64,000 nucleotides of DNA, from the NCBI GenBank assembly GCA_963605535.1, contig CAVCXB010000003.1, positions 19,797 to 83,796 of the forward strand, in the 5' to 3' direction. The notes under the pieces are model-generated. The model was not told the origin of the DNA. It saw nothing but the letters and a program-made list of their open reading frames with translations, and ran no database searches. The DNA is from Wujia chipingensis. Lineage in GTDB: Bacteria; Bacillota; Clostridia; Lachnospirales; Lachnospiraceae. The position numbers were made by a program, and so were the translations under genes. Position 1 is the first letter of the stretch. The number at the start of each line of letters is the position of its first letter. This document shows positions 8,802 to 18,194 of this stretch, in pieces.

Positions 8802-10433
8802 CTAGATTTCCGGCCTGTGGTCTCTGTCGTAGGCGGCATCCATCACGGAGACGGAATCATCATCCCGGACATCCGAACCGTCCCTTCCGAGGAAGCCGTT
8901 GACGCGATGCAGGTCGCTTGCGAACGTATCGTCCGTGTAGTCCCTCTGCTCGTTGATGGCCTGGCGCATGCCCTGGTCGAGCCAGTTCTCGCTCGAGAAC
9001 ACATGGTAGACGACGGTCTCCGCCTTCTGCCCGAGTCGCCTCAGCCTTGCGAGGCCCTGCTGCCAGTCGCGGAACACGGGGTAGTCGAAGATGATGCACT
9101 TGCTGTATTCCTGGAGGTTGAGGCCGGTCGACCCCGTCTGCCAGTTCAGGATGAAGATGTTCTTGCGGTTGTTGAACTGCTGGTCCGGCGTCTGTGCGGC
9201 GTACGTGTCGTAGAAGTGCGTCGACTTGATGTCGCCCGAAAGCACGTCGATGGCATATCCGAGCCTGTCGCATATCGCGAATATCTCGAACAGCTCCGGG
9301 GTGAACGTGTAGAACAGCACGTAGTTGTCCGGGTTATCCGCGAGGAATCTCTCGAGCATGTCGAGCCTCTCCCTGCTGTACCAGGCGTACCTCTCGGAGT
9401 TGCCCTGGAATCCGATTGAGAGCTGCCTTGCCCTGAGCCAGAGCGCGCCTGCGGTCTCCGCAAGCCATTCCAGGCTCGGATAGGCTATGTTGCGGTAGAA
9501 CGGGTTGTTCTTGAGGTGCGGCGTGCTGTAGTCATGCGCATCATACGAATCCTGCAGGCGGACGTTCTTCGCCATGCAGTACATGAGGACGTCGTTTCCG
9601 GGAATTCTCTCCGACGTGAGCATCGTGAAGTCCTGTGTCTTTTCGTACGTATGCTCGACGAAGATCTGCTCGGGAAGCCTGACGACCGTGTCCGACTTGA
9701 TGGTGATTGCGTACTGATGGACGATGCCGTAGAGCTCCTCGACGTTCCTGTAGCCGATGATCGGCTGCTGGAATCCCAGCAGGCCGGGGCGGTTGTCCCG
9801 TATGGCGAAACGCTCGATGTAGGCGGTCTTGCTCATCGGGCATCCGAGCATCTTGAGCTGCGTCCACAGGTCGATGTATCCGGTCGTGAACGGCGTGCCG
9901 GTGAGGAGATACGTCCACACATGCTTCCTTGTGCACACCATGAGCTGCTTCTGCATCTGGATGCACGTCTTCGTCCTCTGCGAGGAGTAGTTCTTCAGCG
10001 AATGGCTCTCGTCGATGATGATGGCCGTGTTGCATCCGGCGCAGGATTTCACGAACGATGCGAGTATCGGACGCATGGGCGCCGACCCGCCATCCTTGTT
10101 GCGCACGAACAGCGACTCGTAGTTGATGATGAGGATCTGGCTTCTCGACTGGTCGCACTCCTCCGGCTTCGATTTCTTGTCGAGGATGTCGTATCCGTTG
10201 AAGATGCCCTTGTATGCCCACCAGAGGAACGATCCCTTCTTGTCGACCTTCTCGCTCGCCTTTGCGTTGATCGAGATGATGATGAGCTTCGTGCACTCAT
10301 GCTGCTCGGCGCACGCCAGCGAGAGCGGCGTCTTCCCGAGTCCGCAGTCAAGGAACAGGCCGTACGCCTGCCTGTCCTTCACCTGGTCGACTATCTTCCT
10401 CTGCCAGTCGTAGAGCATGTCGTATATTCTCAT
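8802..10433 (-). CDS. SNF2-like superfamily 2 DNA helicase
   Basis: LYDWQ, DCGLGKT (Walker A), IIIDESH, LTGTP, GSTGLNLQ, QGLARLRRLGQ; start 10433 after GGAGGAGG. Confidence 0.9.
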   Translation of the reverse strand: MRIYDMLYDWQRKIVDQVKDRQAYGLFLDCGLGKTPLSLACAEQHECTKLIIISINAKASEKVDKKGSFLWWAYKGIFNGYDILDKKSKPEECDQSRSQILIINYESLFVRNKDGGSAPMRPILASFVKSCAGCNTAIIIDESHSLKNYSSQRTKTCIQMQKQLMVCTRKHVWTYLLTGTPFTTGYIDLWTQLKMLGCPMSKTAYIERFAIRDNRPGLLGFQQPIIGYRNVEELYGIVHQYAITIKSDTVVRLPEQIFVEHTYEKTQDFTMLTSERIPGNDVLMYCMAKNVRLQDSYDAHDYSTPHLKNNPFYRNIAYPSLEWLAETAGALWLRARQLSIGFQGNSERYAWYSRERLDMLERFLADNPDNYVLFYTFTPELFEIFAICDRLGYAIDVLSGDIKSTHFYDTYAAQTPDQQFNNRKNIFILNWQTGSTGLNLQEYSKCIIFDYPVFRDWQQGLARLRRLGQKAETVVYHVFSSENWLDQGMRQAINEQRDYTDDTFASDLHRVNGFLGRDGSDVRDDDSVSVMDAAYDRDHRPEI

Positions 10434-10511
10434 CTTGAGCCTCCTCCCACGCATCGTGTATCATGGCGCCGGAATGATTCCGGCGCACCTCTTTTTCATT
10501 GCGGTCCCAAC

Positions 10512-10540
10512 ATTATACGGCATCGGATACCAAAAGTAAA
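10512..10540 (-). promoter_or_regulatory. promoter for helicase
   Basis: TTTACT-17 nt-TATAAT. Confidence 0.7.
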
Positions 10541-10608
10541 CATGCGCGGCGGTTTTTTCTACGGGGCGCATGCCGGATTATAATCACCTGAGGGAGGATG
10601 CAGACGGC

Positions 10609-11511
10609 ATGGAAGACATGAGACACAGGGAAGGGATGGAATGCATGAATGGCGCAGAAGAAGGGAAGGCGATTCCGAATCCAACGCCTAAGCCTAAGCC
10701 AAAGAGGAAGAGGACACGCAAGCCGAAGGCGGATCCGGCGAATGGGACGTACGCAGAGCCCAAGGCCGATGAGCCCGTCCCATACGTACGGCTTCCGTTC
10801 TCGGAGTATTACATCATCTGCTCGCGGAACTACACGCACCAGGAGACGCACGCCTGGCTTGCCGAGTACAGCGAGATCATATACAGGCACGGACGGCATA
10901 CACACCGGGTGAATTACCAGGTGCGCTACGACCATGTCCGCCACTGCATACAGGCGATATTCCAGCAGACCGCGGACAGGAGCGACTGGCGCGCCAACTT
11001 CGAGTTCGCCGGCAGGCTCTACCGGGAGCCGCTCGATCTCGGCGGAGGGAAGACGCTCGCCATGAGGGTACACCGCGGATGGGGCGACATGTGGAGGGCA
11101 TGCAAGAAGGCCGTGAGGCAGGAGATATCGCTTCTCCTGAAGGAGCATCCGGACGCGCACATCGAGGTGTTCGGATGGTCCCTGGGCTCGGCCATCGCGC
11201 AGATATGCGCCGAGGACGTGTTCTACCAGTTCTCACGCAGGCCGTACCTCTACACGTTCGGGAGCGTCAGGCCGTTCGCCGGAAGGAAGACGTGGCGGTA
11301 CGTGCAGGGATGCTGCGAGAAGGCGTACTGCTTCTACGACGTATGCGACATCGTGGGATACATGGTCCCGTTCCCGTGGTACATGTCCATCAGGCACTAT
11401 GCGCTGCACAGCGAGCGCTTCGGAATCCTGAAGCTGTTCAACCCGTGGAAGTTCCACACGCTCTACGGACAGGAATGGCTGTACGACGGAATCGACGAGT
11501 ACGAGTTCTAG
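10609..11511 (+). CDS. class-3 lipase / alpha-beta hydrolase
   Basis: VHRGW, nucleophile elbow GWSLG, YTFGSVR, DIVGYMVP, C-terminal His; start 10609 after GGGAGG. Confidence 0.8.
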   Translation: MEDMRHREGMECMNGAEEGKAIPNPTPKPKPKRKRTRKPKADPANGTYAEPKADEPVPYVRLPFSEYYIICSRNYTHQETHAWLAEYSEIIYRHGRHTHRVNYQVRYDHVRHCIQAIFQQTADRSDWRANFEFAGRLYREPLDLGGGKTLAMRVHRGWGDMWRACKKAVRQEISLLLKEHPDAHIEVFGWSLGSAIAQICAEDVFYQFSRRPYLYTFGSVRPFAGRKTWRYVQGCCEKAYCFYDVCDIVGYMVPFPWYMSIRHYALHSERFGILKLFNPWKFHTLYGQEWLYDGIDEYEF

Positions 11512-11523
11512 GAAGAAGAGAAA

Positions 11524-11553
11524 GGCCACCTGCTTTCGCGGGTGGCCGTTTTT
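11524..11553 (+). terminator. intrinsic terminator
   Basis: GGCCACCTGC-TTTC-GCGGGTGGCC then GTTTTT. Confidence 0.8.
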
Positions 11554-11692
11554 GTTTGCCGTACGCATCGCATTGATAGTTTTATTCACCATGCTCGATA
11601 CGTACTGATGCGTATTGGCGTGCAGAAAATGCAATCTATCTGCGAAAACATTGCAGAATCACATGGAGCAATGCCATCGAAGGGGATGTTTC

Positions 11693-14600
11693 TCACTTGC
11701 CGGATGGCTTGGCTGGCTTTGGCTGCTTGAGTGTCGACAAGACAGGCTTGCCGCATGGCTTGACGTACTTGTCTGTCTTGGCTGGTTTTGCGGTCTTTGC
11801 GGGCTTTGCGGTCTTCACGGAGGATCCGGAAGACTTCCTGGCTGCCTTCCTGGCCTTCTCCGCCTTCAGCTTCTCCTTTGCCGCGGCCTTCCTGCCGATC
11901 TTCGTTCCGGGCCTGTAGCATCTCTTCACGGGGTCCCAGTCCGGATCGTCCTTGACCCTGGTGTGCCTGATGCGGCCGTCGAGGACGTCCTCCTCGGTGA
12001 GGCGTATCTTGCCCTTCCCCGTGCTGAACTTCGCCACGTCCCTCGGCTCCTCCGAATAGATGCGCTCGCCCTCCTCGTACTTCCTGTCCGCGTCGGACTC
12101 CATCGCGGTCTTGTACATGCCGACCTTCGAGGAGAACGCCGCGATGCGGTCTGCGAGCGACCTGATGGATTCGGCGGTATGCTGCGGAAGCGAGGCGAAC
12201 GCGCCGCTGCGCTCGATGCCCATGTAGATCCTGCGGAACTCGCCGGAGAACTCGCTGAGCAGCTCGAGCGTGTCCATGTCGTAATGCTTCGATATGTCGA
12301 TCGGGGCGTCGATGTCCGTCAGGGCGGATGCGGCCCCGTCCACGGCGGACGGGGACACGGTCATGTCCGCTTCATCGTCCAGCGGCTTCCCGATGGGCTC
12401 CGAATACAGCTTGGCAAGGCTGGCGGAATCGAGCTTCGAATAGTCCCTGACGGCATCCCTCGGATCGTATGCGGCGTCGAGTATCGGATCCCACGGCAGC
12501 TGGCCGTTGAGCGCCGGAACCGAATCGTTCACCTGCTGCATGGCATGCATGGAGGATATGGCGGAGAACGCCACGGCGATCCTGTGCGAGTCCTCGGCCA
12601 TGAGCCCCTGGGGCGGGATCTGTATCTCGAGGATGTCCCTGTCCGTGCCCAGGGCGCGCTTTGCGTACTCGTTGACGAACATGCCCATGGCGATGCGGTA
12701 CTTCGACGCGAAGGAGTCGAGCTCGTTCTCGCCGCAGAGATTCAGTACGCACTGCAGGGCGAGGTTGTCGAACTCGATCATCTTCCTGTTCGTCTCGTCA
12801 TAGCGCCTCATGCGGATGTCCGCGAGGCGGCCGTCGAGGCTCATGCATAAGAGGCGGTAGTACAGCGCGATGACGTTCTTCTTCGGGAGCATGTCGAGCG
12901 CATCGACGATGGCCGACGTGTCGGACTCCGTGAGGTGGTAGAGCTTTATGACCTCGCCGTCGGAGAGCATCGAGAGGTCCTTGCCGAGGAGCTTGTCGTC
13001 CATCGAGAGGAGCGCGAGGTCCCCGATGAGCTTCCTCCTGTCTGCGTATGGAATCTTGTCCGTCTCCCCGCCCACGAACGTGATGGGCCTCCTCAGCTCT
13101 GCCGGGACGAAGAGCTCGTTGAGCGACTCGATGCGCTCGTTGTACGTGATGACGGAATGGACGGACGGCGGCATGGAATTCTTCTTCTTGTCGTCGTACG
13201 CCATGTCGTACTCCCTGGATGTGATGCGGTGCGCATACGCCAGGTTCGACGCCGCCAGGTACGTGGCAGCCTGTCTGTGGCGCAGGATCTGCTCCTTCGA
13301 GAGGACGGCCCGCCTCTTCCTTCCGTCTACGGCGAACGTGCCGGGCGTGTTGAACTCGCGGTTCCAGTTGACGATGTCCCTCTCGTCGAGCTCCTCGTAT
13401 CCGGACCACGTGTCGTCATGGCCGAAGAGGGCCTCCATCACGGCGACGATCTCCTTCCTGCGGTAGTTTCCGTACGTGCGGCGGTTGATGTCCGCCCTGT
13501 GGTGCAGATTGTCATCGCCCACGGTGAAGCAGTCGTCGAGCGGAATGCCGCCCGATCGGTACCGGCCGTCCCTCTCGGACAGGTTGCGGATGCTGTAGAG
13601 GCGCTTCCTCGATCGGAACCACTGCATGAGCAGGGGGAACTCGTTGTACGCGAGGCGCCTCCGGTCGAGGGAGAGGAGCATCGACATGAGCGCCTTCATG
13701 GCGTCCTCGGAGATGTTGTCGAGGTAGCAGTACACGTCGACGGGCCTGATCCTGATGGCCTCGTCGATGGTCTCTGCCGGCCTGTTGAAGATGAGATGCT
13801 CCGGGTTGGCGCATATGCCATGGTAGTTCGAGTACACGGTTGATGTGTACGTGCGCCGGAAATGCCTGTGGTACGAGTCGATGGACGAGATGGCCTCGTC
13901 GAGCGAGGCGAGGGACCCGGGAAGGGCGCCGGAGGCGACGGCATCCCCGAACCCGGGCGTCTGCCCGGTCTCCGGATCGGACGTGGGGATTCCCGCTGGC
14001 GTCTCCTGGTCGTCATCCAGCACGTATCCGAAATCGACGCAGTCTCCGTCCTCGTCGAACTCGACGTCGTCCTGATATGTATCATGTTCACTCGTGCCGT
14101 ATACATCATGTTCACTTTGATGAACGCTTCGGTGAACATCGTCGGCGGATGATCTACAGAGGGGGGATGATTCGACAGATGATGCGGTGGAGGATGGGCT
14201 GAATGATTCGACAGCGGGTGTGGAAGCGGGTGATGGATGGATGGGCGTGCCTATCGGAGGATTGTGCGCGACGGCATAGGATTCGCCCGGGTCGATCTCT
14301 ACGTGCGAGATTCTCTCTCGGAGGGCGTCTACGGTGAACGAGGATGGCACGGATGGGCCGGATGATGACTTGGATGATGACTTGGATGGCGTCTCCTCCG
14401 TTTCCGTGCCGTCTTGCGCACCGGCACAAGCCGGTGCCAATGCGGGCGAGGACGATGGGGATGATGGGGATGGGTGTGCGGAGATGGATGTGTGTGGGGC
14501 TGATGCGAATGGGGTGGGTATCTCAAGCTCGGCGGAATCCGAGCTCAGGCTTTCCGCGATGGCGGACTGGCATTCTACGAAGAGGGGTGTCAGATCGGAT

Positions 14601-14767
14601 ACGAGACGTACGTACTCGGAACGCTGCTTCTCCTCGGGAAGGCTCCGCATGTTCTGGAGGGCGACATCATAGCTCTCGAGAACGGAAGAGGGGACTTCTT
14701 TGTGCAGATACTGTACGTATCTATTCAACGTATGAAGGAACTGCGAGAATTTCAATGTGTATGACAT
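11693..14767 (-). CDS. large hypothetical protein (1024 aa) with Ser/Pro-rich linker and Lys/Ala/Pro-rich C-terminal tail
   Basis: long ORF with AAGGA SD and TG-TATAAT upstream; tail KTAKPAKTAKPAK. Confidence 0.85.
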   Translation of the reverse strand: MSYTLKFSQFLHTLNRYVQYLHKEVPSSVLESYDVALQNMRSLPEEKQRSEYVRLVSDLTPLFVECQSAIAESLSSDSAELEIPTPFASAPHTSISAHPSPSSPSSSPALAPACAGAQDGTETEETPSKSSSKSSSGPSVPSSFTVDALRERISHVEIDPGESYAVAHNPPIGTPIHPSPASTPAVESFSPSSTASSVESSPLCRSSADDVHRSVHQSEHDVYGTSEHDTYQDDVEFDEDGDCVDFGYVLDDDQETPAGIPTSDPETGQTPGFGDAVASGALPGSLASLDEAISSIDSYHRHFRRTYTSTVYSNYHGICANPEHLIFNRPAETIDEAIRIRPVDVYCYLDNISEDAMKALMSMLLSLDRRRLAYNEFPLLMQWFRSRKRLYSIRNLSERDGRYRSGGIPLDDCFTVGDDNLHHRADINRRTYGNYRRKEIVAVMEALFGHDDTWSGYEELDERDIVNWNREFNTPGTFAVDGRKRRAVLSKEQILRHRQAATYLAASNLAYAHRITSREYDMAYDDKKKNSMPPSVHSVITYNERIESLNELFVPAELRRPITFVGGETDKIPYADRRKLIGDLALLSMDDKLLGKDLSMLSDGEVIKLYHLTESDTSAIVDALDMLPKKNVIALYYRLLCMSLDGRLADIRMRRYDETNRKMIEFDNLALQCVLNLCGENELDSFASKYRIAMGMFVNEYAKRALGTDRDILEIQIPPQGLMAEDSHRIAVAFSAISSMHAMQQVNDSVPALNGQLPWDPILDAAYDPRDAVRDYSKLDSASLAKLYSEPIGKPLDDEADMTVSPSAVDGAASALTDIDAPIDISKHYDMDTLELLSEFSGEFRRIYMGIERSGAFASLPQHTAESIRSLADRIAAFSSKVGMYKTAMESDADRKYEEGERIYSEEPRDVAKFSTGKGKIRLTEEDVLDGRIRHTRVKDDPDWDPVKRCYRPGTKIGRKAAAKEKLKAEKARKAARKSSGSSVKTAKPAKTAKPAKTDKYVKPCGKPVLSTLKQPKPAKPSGK

Positions 14768-14960
14768 GTGTTTTTAATCCTTAATGCGATTATATCATAC
14801 ACGAAAAATGACAAAAATTCCACCATATTGAAATTTAATATAAATTTTATGTGAAAATATTTTTTGACATTTGTCCAATAAAATAAAAATTTTTGCAAAA
14901 ATTTCACGTGAAATTGTCGAAAAAGTGAAAGTTACACAAAATAATCTTTTGTAAACATAA

Positions 14961-15022
14961 AAATGCGCACAAATGAGCATGCAAAAATGAGCACAAATGA
15001 GCAAATGACATTGCAAAAATGA
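14961..15022 (+). repeat. degenerate CA(C/A)AAATGA repeats
   Basis: GCACAAATGA, GCAAAAATGA, GCACAAATGA, GCAAATGA, GCAAAAATGA. Confidence 0.7.
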
Positions 15023-16417
15023 TTTTCCCAAAAAGACCCGCCATCGTCAAAAAATAACTTTTGAGCAGCGAGTCTATTTTTGAGCGATTGTGAAATACTT
15101 TGCATTTGTCGAATATTTTTAATACGTACTGACGTCAGTCTCAACTAACCAAATATAGCACTTTTATAGCAAAATGACTTTAAGATATATATAATACACA
15201 TGAGTAGTGTGTATTATATATATCTTATTCAATTTTACCTCCAACCCCACTCAAAAAATAAAGTTGTCAGTTTTTATTCAAAATTTGAAAAATTAATTTT
15301 TGCATTGTACTTAAATGTAAAAAAGTAATATTCTTACTTTTTTACATTTAAGTAACACATCATTTCGAAAAAGTCAATAAAATTCATAAAAAACCCCGAA
15401 AAAGCACCATTCGGAGAGACTGTCTGCCGGTATAAATAATACAAGTATTACTACGTAATACTGTATATTTATCGCCTTATTTGACATCTGTCAATTATCG
15501 AAGTTTTGCGAAGAAGCGCCGAAACACTCTTAGAATTATTATATAATTCTACTAGGGTCGATTTTGGATATCAAAGCTATATTTTGATATAAACATGTAT
15601 ATATTTCATATATACATGTTTACCTTTGGGAAATTTTGACGTTTTGGATCGCTCTTATACTTCGTATAGATTTTTTAAAAAAAGATTTTTTATTATTTTT
15701 TTCAAGTTACAGCAGGAAAAAAAAAAAAAAAAGAAAATAAACGTGCAATAAATGTGTAGTGATTCGGCGAAAACCAACAACTTTCCGAAAAATCGAACCC
15801 TAATACCCTTTAGGGTATATAGCGATCCAAAACCGCAAAAAACCTCAAAGGTAAACATGTATATGTTTAATACGCTGGAAAGCTTTGATATCCGGATTTC
15901 GGCCAAAAGCGCACTCCTACCGTAGGTAGACTGCAAGAAATCGGCCTATCGACACAGGGTGGGGGTATACATCCAGCCTCACGTAGTATATAATATATAC
16001 AAGTATATTTAATATACAGCGTGAGAGCCGACCTTCCCGTACAGAAAACGCCTTCCCACACGTAGGGCAACGCACCGCAGAACCCCCAAAACCCTCCAGG
16101 ACGCACAGAAATGGCCTTTCTAGCCCTTCCGTCGTCTTCCGTGGGAAAATATTCAGGTGAAGAATTTCCGAGCCTCCTAGGGCCATTTCTGTGAGTGTGA
16201 GGGCAAACCGCCCCAGAATCCATCCACACCCCACTGTCGAGTGTTCCGAGCCTTTCGGACGCGGATTCCATCCGTCAGTCCGGCGAGTCCTCCCTCGTAC
16301 GCTGGCGCGCCAAAGGAAAGTTAATATCCCTTCAGAAAGAAAAAAGAGTTTCCCTTCTGATGAAACGAAAAGACGGGATGTGACATCTGTAACCGAGCGA
16401 AAGCCATGCAAATCCGT

Positions 16418-16518
16418 GAGCACAAATGAACAGAAATGAACACAAATGAACACAAATGAACATGAAATAATCAAAAATGCAATGTGCGCAAATGCGCAAA
16501 ATGAGCAAAAATGAACAT
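16418..16518 (+). repeat. 10-bp-period tandem repeats CACAAATGAA (iteron-like)
   Basis: CACAAATGAA CAGAAATGAA CACAAATGAA CACAAATGAA CATGAAATAA at 16421-16470 plus degenerate copies. Confidence 0.8.
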
Positions 16519-16576
16519 GTTCGGAGCTTAATTTTGATTTACAAATCGAACAAAACTGTAACACGAGATTTTCAAT

Positions 16577-16606
16577 AAAAAAGCCCTTTCAAAGGAGGGC
16601 TTTTTT
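16577..16606. terminator. bidirectional intrinsic terminator
   Basis: AAAAAAGCCCTTTC-AAA-GGAGGGCTTTTTT right after stop of 16611 gene. Confidence 0.85.
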
Positions 16607-16610
16607 CGTG

Positions 16611-17630
16611 TTACATGAAGTGTTTCATGGCCTCATTTCGGTCAACATAATACGTACTGTTGAGGTCTTTGTCAGGGTCGAATACGTACTCGTCAAGGTG
16701 CAATTTGCCGTCTGCGTACTCGACTTTCGACGCGTGCCGGATACGTATTCCTGGGGCGGAGTACCAATAGTCTTTATAGATTCTATGTGTTGCCGCCGGG
16801 GTGTTGCTGTCTGATCCGTTCTGCTCATTGACCTCTCTGTACGTATTGCCGGATGCTGTTGTGTACGTAGACGATCCAGCGACGATGTCAAACAGGCTTT
16901 CGATTCTTGTATCGCAGTGTTCAGGGTCGGTGCAGTCGATGATCTTTCTCGGCTGGTCTGGAACCTCTTCGGCATCAGCCAATCCGGCGAGACGTGAATT
17001 GAGTCCGAGATTGAATGACTGCACACCGATGTCAGGTGCTGCACGCACGACATCGACGGGCGTCGATCCTCTCAGCACGAACACCTTCCCATTCCGGTCA
17101 CGGAACTCCGCTGCGTACTGGTACGTAGCCGGCGTGTCGCCGGCATGGTCTCTCTCGCCATGCATCTCTTTCGTGTTGCTTGAGCAGCTGTCGATGTACG
17201 TAATCTCGTAATCCTCGTCCAGAACTCTGCTGAGAAGCTGGGGGTAATCGATGAGCGCTCCCCTGTTGTATAGGCTGTATACGTATTCGAGGAACTCGTG
17301 TACGCACAGGATCGTGATCTTCTTCTGCGGCATGGGTGATACGACCATCACGTTGCATCTCGTACCCTCCGGATTCCTGCAGTCGGCCTGGCATAGATAC
17401 CAGTAGATCATCGACCCTGCTGGAACGAGGATGTCATCCTCTCCGCACGGCGCATCCATTGAGCTGCGCTTGATGTAGATATCACGGCAGACCCATAGCG
17501 ACTGCGGGAACTTTCCAAGCATGTCTACGTACTCATGCATACGATTCCAATCCTCGCCGCCATCATAGAACCATCTGTCGATTTCTTTGTACATGTCCTG
17601 CCGAAGCAGGGTGTTTTCCTGTTTTGCCAT
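16611..17630 (-). CDS. hypothetical protein
   Basis: start MAKQENT at 17630 after AAAGGAG. Confidence 0.8.
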   Translation of the reverse strand: MAKQENTLLRQDMYKEIDRWFYDGGEDWNRMHEYVDMLGKFPQSLWVCRDIYIKRSSMDAPCGEDDILVPAGSMIYWYLCQADCRNPEGTRCNVMVVSPMPQKKITILCVHEFLEYVYSLYNRGALIDYPQLLSRVLDEDYEITYIDSCSSNTKEMHGERDHAGDTPATYQYAAEFRDRNGKVFVLRGSTPVDVVRAAPDIGVQSFNLGLNSRLAGLADAEEVPDQPRKIIDCTDPEHCDTRIESLFDIVAGSSTYTTASGNTYREVNEQNGSDSNTPAATHRIYKDYWYSAPGIRIRHASKVEYADGKLHLDEYVFDPDKDLNSTYYVDRNEAMKHFM

Positions 17631-17680
17631 TCTGTCAATCTCCTTTTTCCATCCGCCATTATTATATACCAAATGTCAAC

Positions 17681-17708
17681 AAAAGAAAAGGGGTATCTCT
17701 ACCCCTTC
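17681..17708 (-). terminator. intrinsic terminator
   Basis: AAGGGGTA-GAGA-TACCCCTT then TTCTTTT on minus strand. Confidence 0.7.
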
Positions 17709-18193
17709 GTCTTATAGCGTCTTTCGATCTTTAGCATATATCTTATGCGATGATACGTACTGCCGCTGGCTTGATGGACTGTCGTCGACTTGATGATTCG
17801 ATCGAACGTCATGCCATTGAACGAAAGAAGCGCATGTACGCATTCTGCGGGATCTGAATGAATCTTCGCGCATCTGGATTCGTCCAGCACATAGATGCGC
17901 ATGAACTCCTCCAATACGCACAGCATCTTGGATTTATCGCTGATATACAAATCGAAGTATCCCAGCACGTCGACATACGGATCGAATGTCGGCGGCATCT
18001 TGTGCTTGGTGCCGTAGAGATCCTGCATCCAATCCTCGCTCAGCGCTTCACGGATGTAGAATCTTATGTACGTATCATCAATCAATTTGCATGAGATGGT
18101 TATACGTACTGGATAGAATCCATCGGTTGTGCGAATGATTCCACACAGGTTATCATCATTGATGGATGATGTATATCTTTCCATGAAGAACAT
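17699..18193 (-). CDS. hypothetical protein (DGYYP paralog family)
   Basis: TTDGFYPVRI motif shared with neighbours. Confidence 0.7.
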   Translation of the reverse strand: MFFMERYTSSINDDNLCGIIRTTDGFYPVRITISCKLIDDTYIRFYIREALSEDWMQDLYGTKHKMPPTFDPYVDVLGYFDLYISDKSKMLCVLEEFMRIYVLDESRCAKIHSDPAECVHALLSFNGMTFDRIIKSTTVHQASGSTYHRIRYMLKIERRYKTKG

Positions 18194-18194
18194 C

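Larger units (their letters stand above)
14770..16606. other. gene-free region dense in palindromes and inverted repeats (origin, terminus or injection-stop candidate)
   Basis: perfect hairpins at 15181-15227, 15308-15354 and 15590-15622; nested long-range IRs; A-tract near 15717-15732. Confidence 0.75.

Noticed and set aside
8793..14784. Long opposite-strand or alternate-frame ORFs (e.g. 9516-10583, 11615-12850, 12935-13843)
   Set aside because: Shadows of GC3-rich real genes; Arg/Val/Leu-biased, no SD, fully overlapping motif-bearing CDSs
16418..16518. Possible CRISPR array
   Set aside because: 10-bp tandem units with no spacers and no cas genes
14795..16564. ORFs called inside the structured non-coding region
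   Set aside because: Translations of repeats and A/T tracts (Phe/Cys-rich), no SD, atypical composition
17658..17680. TTGACATTTGG followed by TATAAT before the 17630 gene
   Set aside because: Spacing is only 7 nt, so not listed as a canonical promoter, although the -35 motif is counted
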